From the NCBI GenBank assembly GCA_054661495.1, contig BAAFSQ010000050.1, forward strand, positions 1 through 32,000: 32,000 bases of DNA. Reading direction: 5' to 3'. The notes beneath the pieces were generated by a model. The model was not told the origin of the DNA. It did not search any database and saw nothing but the letters and a program-made list of their open reading frames with translations. The position numbers and the translations under genes were made by a program. Positions 23,070 through 32,000 of this stretch are shown in pieces; positions within the stretch are counted from its first letter, which is position 1, and every line of letters begins with the position of its first letter. The DNA is from Zygophlyctis sp. KS116. Its lineage: Eukaryota; Fungi; Chytridiomycota.

Positions 23070-24540
23070 ATGCTCATTCTCTATGAAACCCCGGCTGGTT
23101 ATGCCCTCTTTAAGATGAAGGATGATGGCAAATTAACAAATCCAGATGATCTCTCCAAATGCTTTGAAACCGCTGAAGCTGCAAACAAGGCAATCAAGTT
23201 GAAGTCTTTTGATAAATTTGAAAATACAACTGATGCATTGGCTGCAGTTTCTTCTTTAGTGGAAGGCAAATTATCTAAAAACTTGAAATCATTCTTGAAA
23301 AGAGAAATTTCAGGAAAGGATTTGGATGGAAAACTTGCTGTAGCAGACTCAAAACTTGGTGCTGCAATCAGTAAAAAATTGGGATTAAATGTTATATCTG
23401 ATGCATCTACTTCTGAATTGATTAGAGGAATTAGATCTCAGGTAGCATCACTTATTTCAGGTCTACCAGAGTCTGATATGAATGCAATGGCTTTAGGACT
23501 TTCACACTCGCTCTCTCGCTACAAGTTAAAATTTTCTCCTGATAAAGTTGATACAATGATTGTTCAGGCAATTGCTCTCTTGGATGATCTAGACAAGGAA
23601 TTGAATACATATACCATGAGAGTTAAAGAATGGTATGGATGGCATTTTCCAGAAATTGGAAAAGTTCTCGTGGATAATTTGGCTTATGCTAAAGTAGTTA
23701 AACTTATGGGTTTTAGAACAAATGCAGAGACAACTGATTTCTCGTCTGTTCTTCCAGAAGAATTAGAGACTGAAATTAAAGCTCTTGCAGAAGTTTCAAT
23801 GGGAACTGAAATATCTGAAGAGGATATTGAAAACATAACATTTTTGTGTGACCAAATTATTTCTATTTCAGAGTATCGTAGTCAATTATATGATTATTTA
23901 AAGAATCGAATGGTTACAATTGCACCAAATTTAACTGCTTTAGTTGGAGAATTAGTTGGTGCAAGATTAATAGCACATGCTGGATCTCTTTTAAATTTAG
24001 CAAAGCAACCTGCATCAACTGTTCAAATTCTTGGAGCTGAAAAAGCTCTTTTTAGAGCTCTCAAGGCTAAACATGATACACCAAAATATGGTCTTATTTA
24101 TCATGCATCTTTAGTTGGACAGTCTGGCTCAAAGATTAAGGGAAAAATAGCAAGATTAGTTGCATCTAAAGCCTCATTAGCTGTTAGATGTGATGCATTA
24201 GGTGATGGTGAAACTCCAAATATTGGAGCTGATGCTAGATTATGCATTGAAAAAAGACTGGCTCAACTTGAAGGAAGAGCTATTAAAAGTTCTAATTCTC
24301 CTGCTGGTGTTGGTAAATCACCCACTCCTAAATTTGAAATGAATGAGTAAATATTTTTGTAAATTTACATTTAGGGTAAAGACTTATAACACTGCGTCTG
24401 ATCTTGTCAGTCCTGAAAAGAAAAAGGATAAAAAGAAGAAATCAAAGGATGGAGAATCTAAAAAGAAGCGCAAGTCTGAAGATGCTGAAAGTTCAAAAAA
24501 GAAAAAAACCAAAGAGTCTAAAGAAGGTGGTGAGTCCTGA
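23070..24540 (+). CDS. NOP58: Box C/D snoRNP protein Nop58
   Basis: Motifs MLILYETPAGYALFK, LGLSHSLSRYKLKFSPDKVDTMIVQA, QILGAEKALFRALK and TPKYGLIYHAS. The Lys-rich tail lies on a second exon after a 28-nt intron starting at about 24347. Confidence 0.96.
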
Positions 24541-24866
24541 TGCATAAATTCCCTTGAAGTTTCCCAATTAGGTTAAAATATGATTTTTTTTCTACTCTAG
24601 TATACTGTTTGAGATTAAGATCGGACTGAACGTGGCACATTGCAGGGTTTCAATTAAGGGTCAAATAAAAAATAAAATCTAGGAATTCTAAAAATTCTAG
24701 GTGTGCGTCTGGGTGTTACATCAAGTCCATGTGGAAACAATTCTTCTTAAAGTAAAAACAAGTATCAAATAAAAATATATTGATCCATGAGTTTTAAAAA
24801 GCAAGAGATGCAAGTACTAGATCAGAAATTTAAAAGATTTTGCGTTTGCGCGTTTTGACAAAAAAA

Positions 24867-25807
24867 ATGAAATTTCCAAATCCAATTGTTGCTAAATCTC
24901 TTGGAGTGAGTCCTCTAGGATCTAGAAACATGGCAACTCTAAAAGAAATTTCAATGCGTTTGAAATCTGTGTCAAACATTGCTAAAATTACTAAATCTAT
25001 GAAAATGATTGCCTCTACTAAAGTTGCTAGAGCTCAGAGAACTATGGAAGCTGCCCGGACTTTTGGTTCTTCCTTTAACTGTAAGAATTTATATATAATG
25101 ATTAGCTTTTTACGACCATATTGAAACAAAATCTGAAGCTCCTTCTTCTCTAGTAGTTGCTGTATCTTCAGATCGTGGATTATGTGGAGGAATTCATTCT
25201 TCTATTTCTAAAGCTTCTAAAAAATACTTGGCTAAAAATGATGCTTCAGTAGTCATTATTGGACAAAAGGCAAAATCTCAAATTACTAGAGAATTTAAAA
25301 AATCTGTAGTTTTAACTTTTGATGGTGTAGCAAAGAATATTCCTACTTGGTCTGAAGCGGCAATTATTGGAGATGAATTATTATCAAAGAAATTATCTAC
25401 TGGTTCTACTAAAATCTTTTATAATTCTTTTAAATCTGTGATTGCTTTTGAAACTACTGCAATGACTGTTTATACCGGTGAAATTTTGAAATCTTCACGT
25501 AATTCTCTATTTTTCTAAAAAAATTAGCAAAATTAGCAGCTTATGAAGTTGAAGAAGAGGTTTTAAAGTCTTTTGAAGAATTTGCACTTGCTAATTCCTT
25601 GTATTGGGCTATTGCAGAAGGTTATGCTTCAGAAATGGCAGCTAGAAGAACAGCCATGGAAAATGCTACTAAAAATGCTGGTGAAATGATTCAAAAATTA
25701 ACATTGGTCTATAATAGATCTAGACAGGCAACTATTACTAATGATCTTGTAATTTATATTTATTTTAACTTTAGATTGATATCATTACAGGTGCATCCTG
25801 TATGTAG
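24867..25807 (+). CDS. ATP3: Mitochondrial F1 ATP synthase gamma subunit
   Basis: Motifs [58 protein letters not shown] and [20 protein letters not shown]. Three introns (25, 29, 26 nt). Confidence 0.96.
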
Positions 25808-25828
25808 GCAAAGGATTTATTATAAAAA

Positions 25829-26512
25829 ATGTCTTTTCAATTGACTATTTGCTCTTTATTATTGCTATATATTCCAATCAGTAGTCTTATAATTATGAAT
25901 TTTAGTTGGAAATACTATACAATTCTTATTATAACTCTGATTTATTTTTATTTATCTGCTACAACTAGAGCAGGATCTCCATTAACTTTAATTGATGGAT
26001 CTCTGATAAACTGTCATTTATGTTCTACTCCCAAACCAGAGAGATGTCATCATTGTAAGAAATGTAAAACTTGTATTTTAAGAATGGATCATCATTGTAT
26101 TTGGTTGAATAATTGCATTGGATTCTATAATATTGGACATTTCTCTAGATTTCTAAATTTCATTTCTATATTATCTGTATGGACTCTAATTAGAACATTA
26201 TATAGTTTATTTAATCTCTCTGCTAATCATTCTACAGGAAAAATAATTATTTGTTGTATCAATATAGTCATTTTAATGCCATTTACTAGTATTATACTAA
26301 TGATGGCATGGAGTATGATTTCAAACATTTCTAGGAATTTCACTGAAATTGAAAGACTGGAATTTTATGATTTTTTACTACAAGACTCTAACCATCCTTT
26401 TGATTTAGGAATACGACATAATCTGAATGAAATTCTGGGACATTATGTGGTTGGATGGATATTGCCTCTTGGGCCACGGGGAAATGGAATCTCTTTCAGG
26501 AAGAAGAGCTGA
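25829..26512 (+). CDS. DHHC palmitoyltransferase (Pfa4-like)
   Basis: [37 protein letters not shown], hydrophobic segments, and HPFDLG..NL..ILG. Intronless. Confidence 0.92.
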   Translation: MSFQLTICSLLLLYIPISSLIIMNFSWKYYTILIITLIYFYLSATTRAGSPLTLIDGSLINCHLCSTPKPERCHHCKKCKTCILRMDHHCIWLNNCIGFYNIGHFSRFLNFISILSVWTLIRTLYSLFNLSANHSTGKIIICCINIVILMPFTSIILMMAWSMISNISRNFTEIERLEFYDFLLQDSNHPFDLGIRHNLNEILGHYVVGWILPLGPRGNGISFRKKS

Positions 26513-26519
26513 TTTATTA

Positions 26520-26546
26520 TACTACTATTACTACTATTGCTACTAC
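26520..26546. repeat. Degenerate (TAC)n microsatellite
   Basis: tactactattactactattgctactac directly after the DHHC stop codon. Confidence 0.6.
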
Positions 26547-26633
26547 AGCAACTGAAGATAGGGAACTAAAGATCTTCAAGTACTCAGTAGATGAATTCAG
26601 ATTTAATTTCCTTTCGCAATATTAAAAATAAAA

Positions 26634-27521
26634 ATGAAATCAAATCCATTGGCAGATGCGACTGCAGGCGCTGTTGGTGCTGTAGTATCTAATACTCTTG
26701 TTTTTCCTTTAGATGTGTAATTTACTCTTTTAATTATTAGAATAAAAACTAGACTACAGGCGAATAATACAAAAGATTATTCTTCTATACTAAATGCATT
26801 AAAGACTATACTAAAGGAAGAAGGAATACTTGGGTTTTACAAAGGATATACTATTTCTACAATTGGCACAATAACTTCTTCCTTTTCTTATTTTTATATT
26901 TACTCGTCAATCAGACATAAAATACTAAAAATTGTAGAGTCTCCTCTTTCAATTTCTGTAGAATTATTTATTGGAGCTATTGCAGGAGCATTATGTCAGT
27001 TTTTGGTTTTACCTCTTGCTATAATTACTACTAGAGAACAAACAATGAAAACAGACTCTATTCAAAGTACAATTATAAATATATACAAGGAAAAAGGAAT
27101 GATTGGATTTTGGACAGGACTAAAAGCATCATTAATACTTACTTCTAATCCTGCAATCACGTATGGTGTTTTTGAAAGATTAAAAGGAATTATAACTAGA
27201 AAAAACAAGACTCCTTTAACTTCTATACAAGTATTTATTATTGGAGCTATTTCAAAGACTTTAGCTACTATAGTCACATATCCTTATATAATGGCAAAAG
27301 TTAAATTACAATACGAGTCTGAAATTAAATCTTCAAGTTTAATTCTAAAAAAAATATTGAAAAAAGATGGATTTTTAGGACTTTATAAAGGATTAAATGC
27401 TCAAATTTTAAAAGCAGTTTTATCTCAATCTATTCTTTTTACAAGTAAAGAGAAATTACAAGAATCTACAAATTTATTATTAGTAGCTTCTGGAATTTTA
27501 CAAGATGAATCAGAATTATAA
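26634..27521 (+). CDS. Mitochondrial carrier family protein, peroxisomal adenine nucleotide transporter type (Ant1/PMP34-like)
   Basis: Three carrier repeats (FPLDVIKTRLQ after removing a 24-nt intron, LPLAIITTREQ, YPYIMAKVKLQ), plus GFWTGLKASLILTSNPAITY and ISKTLATIVTYP typical of Ant1/PMP34. Confidence 0.85.
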
Positions 27522-27929
27522 AATAGACATTTTGTAAATTGCTACGAAATTACTGTAACCTTTAAGAATCTTGATCTTTACGTGTTTTATCTGATCTAGA
27601 GGAGAAGAGACTGAAATCGATTGAAAGTTTTCAGAGTCTTGAATGGAATCTAAAATTAAATCTAGAAATTTACCAAATGATTTCAATAATTGCAAATCTA
27701 GAGGAAGTTGTTCTCGTCCGATCCAAATTTCTAATTCTGCAATCCTTGAAAGAACTAGAGAAATCTTTTCTGCAGATGTTGATTCTTTAAAGGTAAATAA
27801 TAACTCATGGGTTGATAGTCCTGTAGATACCCAAAAGTTTTTTAATGATTGATTAAGAATATTGCATGGTGGATGGGATGGATGATAAGAGGTTGCGGCT
27901 CCGGACACCATTATTGACGCGAGATCCAT
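27516..27929 (-). CDS. IFT25: Intraflagellar transport protein 25 (HSPB11)
   Basis: From ATG 27929: ATSYHPSHPPCNIL...FWVSTGLSTHELLFTF...IKILKGYSNFVAIYK resembles IFT25 (ATS..HPP.NI...FW..TG..PQE...F; I.SG...F..V). In-frame 24-nt intron 27650-27673. Confidence 0.75.
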   Translation of the reverse strand: MDLASIMVSGAATSYHPSHPPCNILNQSLKNFWVSTGLSTHELLFTFKESTSAEKISLVLSRIAELEIWIGREQLPLDLQLLKSFGKFLDLILDSIQDSENFQSISVSSPLDQIKHVKIKILKGYSNFVAIYKMSIL

Positions 27930-27981
27930 TCTGATCAAGGCACTTTTACGTGTCTCTTTCTGCTGCAACTAAACTTTTTCG

Positions 27982-28031
27982 TAATTTCTAAATTTCTAAT
28001 TTTCTTAATTTCTAAATTTCTAATTTTTCTA
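27982..28031. repeat. Imperfect tandem repeat, about 6 copies of an 8-9 bp AATTTCT(A) unit
   Basis: taatttcta aatttcta attttctt aatttcta aatttcta atttttcta. Confidence 0.8.
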
Positions 28032-28218
28032 GTAATACTAATCTTTGTAGAGATTACCAGTTTGAAGGATGCGATCAATGGAATACATGGTCTTTAAACA
28101 GTGCAAAAATTCTTATTAGAATTATTAGCGTGTAATATTAGGAAAATTAAAGGAAATTACAAGCCTTTAAAATCCTTTACAAAATTGTCAAATCGCAAAT
28201 TGAATTTATTTTCTTTAA

Positions 28219-30120
28219 ATGGGATTATCAGTTAAATGGACATTTGAAAATGAATCAATATTCTACGCGGGGGAACCATTAATTATATATTTGACACTGT
28301 CATGTAATTTAGAAACAAGGAGACAAGTTGCAGCTGCTCCGCAACCTTCTTTTTTGTCTTCAGTGTTTGGTTTATTTTCTCCTTCAAGTAGTACAGAGTC
28401 ATCTCCAGCTCCAAATCCATCTAATAATCAATCTGTCGAAGCTCAAAATTCTAGGAAAAAAAGTATACTGTTTGTGCCAAAATCTAGAGAAATTATTCCT
28501 GGAAATTACAAATTAAATGATGAAAATCAACAGGTTTTAGAAGAGGAAATTCAAGAGATGCCATTGACAATTCAACTCTCTAATTTAAATATTTCAGCGC
28601 CTCAAGAACTAGAAATTAAGCCTGATCTACAAACAGGTCCCATAAACACTACTCCTTTGGTAAATGGTAAAACTCAAAAGAGAGAGAAACCACCATTTGC
28701 AAGGCCATTATCAGTCGTGTCTCATGCAGAGTCTGCTATACAAGTATCTCCAATAGTACAGGAAAATGTAGAAAAGGATTCAAACCAACAAGAGATTGCT
28801 TGGGTATTTGCTCAAATGCAGGGGAATTTCAAGGTTGATGTAAGACTTTTATCTCTAAATATAGGATACAATAGTTAAAAGTGATGCATTCAAGTCTCTT
28901 CAAAGTAAAATTACATATAGAATTGATGGTGGGAATACAGGTGGAGGTTTGATTGGTGGGGGTGCATTGACTGCAAGTAATACAAATTTGGGGTCTCCTT
29001 CACAACCAAGACCACGGAAAATATTGGATTCATATCCAATTTATAGTACTCCTCCATCAATTATTGTGTCTGATTTAACTTTAAAACCAGGAGAATCAAG
29101 GACATGTAATTTTCAAGTTTTTATTATTAGACAAATACGAACTTTTACTTCCACCAGTCCTTCCTCCTAGTTTTAATGGGAGATGCTCTAGAATTTCATA
29201 TAGACTGATTTTAGGAATACAAAAGGCCGACATGAGCTTAAAATCTCATGTAATTAAAATTCCAGTTAGAATTTTCAATAGAACAAATGGTAAAATCCCT
29301 TTTTTTAAATCTAGATGATGGATCTCGTCATATTTATGAAATTCTTAATCCTATTATGATGACTGTTGATGAATCAATTACTAAACCTTGTGATTCAGAT
29401 TTTCAAAAACCTGAAATTTTGAATCGTACTGAACGTAATAAAGTCTCCTTGCTACCTTCTTCGGCCAGTGAAAGCCAATTAAATATTCAACAAATATGTT
29501 TATATTCTCAAAGAGGTATTTCTAATATTATTAAATTTATAGTATCTTATGACATTTGTAAAAACAATGAACATGTAGCAAAATTAATTTTACTTCGTGG
29601 ATCTTATCGACTAGGAGATTCCGTAGTTGGACTAATTAATTTTGAAAAAAGCATTGTACCTACAATAGAGGTAATTTTTTATAATTAATTATAGGCCTCT
29701 GTGTATTTAGAAACTGTAGAGACTGTTGATCAAAGATTTTCTTTACAGTCCAAGGCACATATAAACAATTTTTCCTTGAAACTATTTTCAGAAGCACATA
29801 AATTCACTCTTCACACTAAAAGAATGAGCTTTGTACTTGCATTACCACTAGACGCCTCTCCAGACTTTCAAACAACTGCTAGTACTTTATTTTTATTAAT
29901 TATAGTGGGTTATAGTTGGCATTTAAGATTTGAATTTATCACTGGACTTGCTGATGACTTGTATTTAACCCTAAAGTCTGGAGACGAGGGTAATTTCCTG
30001 GAAACCCATGCTAAACAAATGATTAATTCCAGTTCATTTGATTGTATTATCCCCATCAAAGTATATGGAGTTCGAAAGGGACTACGTAAATGGAAATCAC
30101 AAAAGTATGATATATCTTGA
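28219..30120 (+). CDS. RGP1: Rgp1 (Ric1-Rgp1 Rab6/Ypt6 GEF subunit)
   Basis: N-terminal IFYAGE, IAWVFAQMQGNF, PIYSTPPSII..DLTLKPGES, LPPSFNG, YRLGD, WHLRFEF and FDCIIPIKVY. Six introns of 24-27 nt. Confidence 0.85.
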
Positions 30121-30172
30121 ATCCTTGATAAGTTTATAGACAATAGTTGAGTAGGGTTGAGCGTTGTAAAAA

Positions 30173-30682
30173 ATGGGAATTCCATATCCACTCAAAGTCT
30201 GGCGATTGGGAAAAGATGTTTGCAAAGGTGGACCGCTTGCTGATCCGATCAGACTTGGATCTCTTCCTTATTCCCTGTCAAAGTACAAGAGAGTCATTCC
30301 CAACATTTTTCATGGTAAAAAAATCACTTTTGGGAATTCTGTGTCTGCTCAAGGAAAGAATGCAACTAGACGTGCGTTTTATCCAAATATTGTAATTTCA
30401 TCAGTGTACTCTAGAGCGCTAGACATGAGAATTACAAGCCGAATGTCTGCTTTAGCTCTTCGTAATGTTTCTAATTCAGGAGGTTTTGATGAATATATTC
30501 TATCTACCAAGGATGAATTACTTCCATGTCCGATATCTCAAATGATCAAGAAGAAAATATCTGATGCTTATAATGGAATTGGTCCGAAAAGTCTTGGTCT
30601 TAAAGAGTCTAGTAATAATTTAAAAGAGATTTTAGAAAAGAGGTATGGGATGGAATACACAAAGTATGATTATTTAGACTAA
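30173..30682 (+). CDS. Mitochondrial ribosomal protein bL28m (yeast Mrpl24-like)
   Basis: IFHGKKITFGNSVS...KNATRRAFYPNI...YSRALD...ALRNV...GGFDEYIL. Intronless. Confidence 0.85.
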   Translation: MGIPYPLKVWRLGKDVCKGGPLADPIRLGSLPYSLSKYKRVIPNIFHGKKITFGNSVSAQGKNATRRAFYPNIVISSVYSRALDMRITSRMSALALRNVSNSGGFDEYILSTKDELLPCPISQMIKKKISDAYNGIGPKSLGLKESSNNLKEILEKRYGMEYTKYDYLD

Positions 30683-30811
30683 AGTTAGATTACTAAAGAA
30701 ACACAAGTGTTTATTATTAGAAACTGCAGACAAGTAAGCTTATAAAGGCTTTATCTGCGCAAACTAAATACAATTATAGATTTTAAATTGAGAATAGTAA
30801 GATCTAGTAAG

Positions 30812-31867
30812 ATGACGATGAATGATGACATCGCGAGTAATTCTCAAAGAATGGAATTATCGCCGCAATCAGAAGAAAATGGTAAAATATTAAATGTAAA
30901 AGATAGTTCCATGTCAAGAGTTTGATTTTGGATTTATGAAGAATGCATTTCAGTCGCCAGAGTCTCCAATAAAACCTCAATCTTTGTCAAAAATATCCAA
31001 CGATCTCATAGAAAATGATTACAAGAAGAATGGTTTTGGGAATAATAAGGACATTGATGTCAAGAGAATGGAAAAGAAAGCGGTCGGTTTTATTCTAGCA
31101 ACTGCTGTAAAGTCAGATTTAGATGCAGTAAATTACAAAGTTGCTAGAAAAATGTCTGAAGAGAGGAAGAGAGATATTATTGTATCTACAGAAAATCAAT
31201 CATTGTTTGCTAAACACTCAAATTCAGGAAATGATTTGCTTAATAGGGAATTTCAGTCATCAAAACAATACTCTGGGCAAGTCATACAAAGTCAAAATCA
31301 TGTATCAAATTCAAGAGTAAATTATAATGCCAAAATAGTCTATAGGTATCAGTTTGAAGCTTCTCCTCCGGATTGGATTGGTGCTTGGGAAGGGAAAACT
31401 AGGAAATTTGGGCTTCCTCCAAATACAAGTATTCTACATTTTGCTTTTATGGGTGGAGTTCTATCAAGACTAGATGATACAGGTTTTGAAGAAGGAAATA
31501 TATCTGTAAAAGGATTTCAAAAGAATCAAATGGCACTCTCAAATGTAATAGATAATAGTGAAAATGCTGGGAATGCTGGAAATATCAATAATGTTCCAGA
31601 AATGATCTCATCTCAGGAATTTAATTTTATGCTTTTACAGACTGTAAAATTTAAATTATACAGGCATTGGACAAATGATAATGACTGCGCATACTGTAAA
31701 ATATGTAATATTCGTTTTAGCTTTCTAAAGAGGAAACATCATTGTAGATTGTAAGTCTTTAGGTTAATATTGGTAGGTGTGGAGAGATTTTATGTTCTGG
31801 CTGTTCAAATAAGAGGGAATATGGAGTTCGTGTTTGTGATATATGTGATGCATTAATGAATAAATAG
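30812..31867 (+). CDS. FYVE zinc-finger protein with unrecognised N-terminal region
   Basis: WTND..CAYCKIC...FSFLKRKHHCRLCGEILCSGCS...RVCDIC after removing a 26-nt intron at about 31752. The first exon from ATG 30812 joins through a 25-nt intron; the start is less certain. Confidence 0.8.
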
Positions 31868-31899
31868 TTATTCATGTTAACATTTTTATTTATCCATTC

Positions 31900-32000
31900 T
31901 TAAAATCCAATACCAGGAAATTTGTTTGCAAACTCTGTAACTTCTTGTTTCATTTCTAAAATAGCAGGAAAAGCTGCGCCAGAATCTCCCAGAGAGTTTT
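31900..32000 (-). CDS. Serine hydroxymethyltransferase, 3' end (partial)
   Basis: The minus strand reads NSLGDSGAAFPAILEMKQEVTEFANKFPGIGF-stop, matching the eukaryotic SHMT C-terminus (..EV..FA..FP..GF). Only about 32 codons are visible. Confidence 0.7.
   Translation of the reverse strand, partial: NSLGDSGAAFPAILEMKQEVTEFANKFPGIGF

Noticed and set aside
24725-24745. GTGGAAACAAT resembling SRP RNA helix 8
   Set aside because: The flanking AGG and GCA internal-loop bases are missing.

Overview
This is eukaryotic nuclear DNA from a very compact, AT-rich genome. It most likely belongs to a zoosporic (chytrid-like) fungus, inferred from two flagellar genes (PF20/SPAG16, IFT25) among fungal-type housekeeping genes. 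By hand I can assemble 18 genes (16 complete, 2 cut by the window edges): PP2A catalytic subunit (3' end), PF20/SPAG16, mitochondrial Lon, a WDFY3/Bph1-like BEACH protein, sphingosine-1-phosphate lyase, calnexin, a cystathionine gamma-lyase/synthase family enzyme, tandem coronin (coronin-7 type), RUS1/DUF647, NOP58, ATP synthase gamma, a DHHC palmitoyltransferase, a peroxisomal adenine-nucleotide carrier, IFT25, RGP1, mitoribosomal bL28m, a FYVE protein and SHMT (3' end). The ORF track is fragmented because the genes carry about 60 ultrashort GT-AG introns, nearly all 23-34 nt. The most unusual signal is gene architecture, not gene content. (1) The 3' splice site appears to be picked at a fixed distance (about 6-9 nt) from a minimal branch-point motif, skipping nearer YAGs and accepting AAG/GAG. 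(2) Several stop-free 3n introns hide inside apparently continuous ORFs. (3) Many intergenic spacers are only 1-35 bp, and two genes overlap by 6 bp. (4) A CG-core motif recurs just upstream of most start codons. I see no mobile element, CRISPR, rRNA or tRNA, and no new multi-gene system. All splice models are manual inferences from reading frame and remembered protein conservation and need RNA-seq confirmation.
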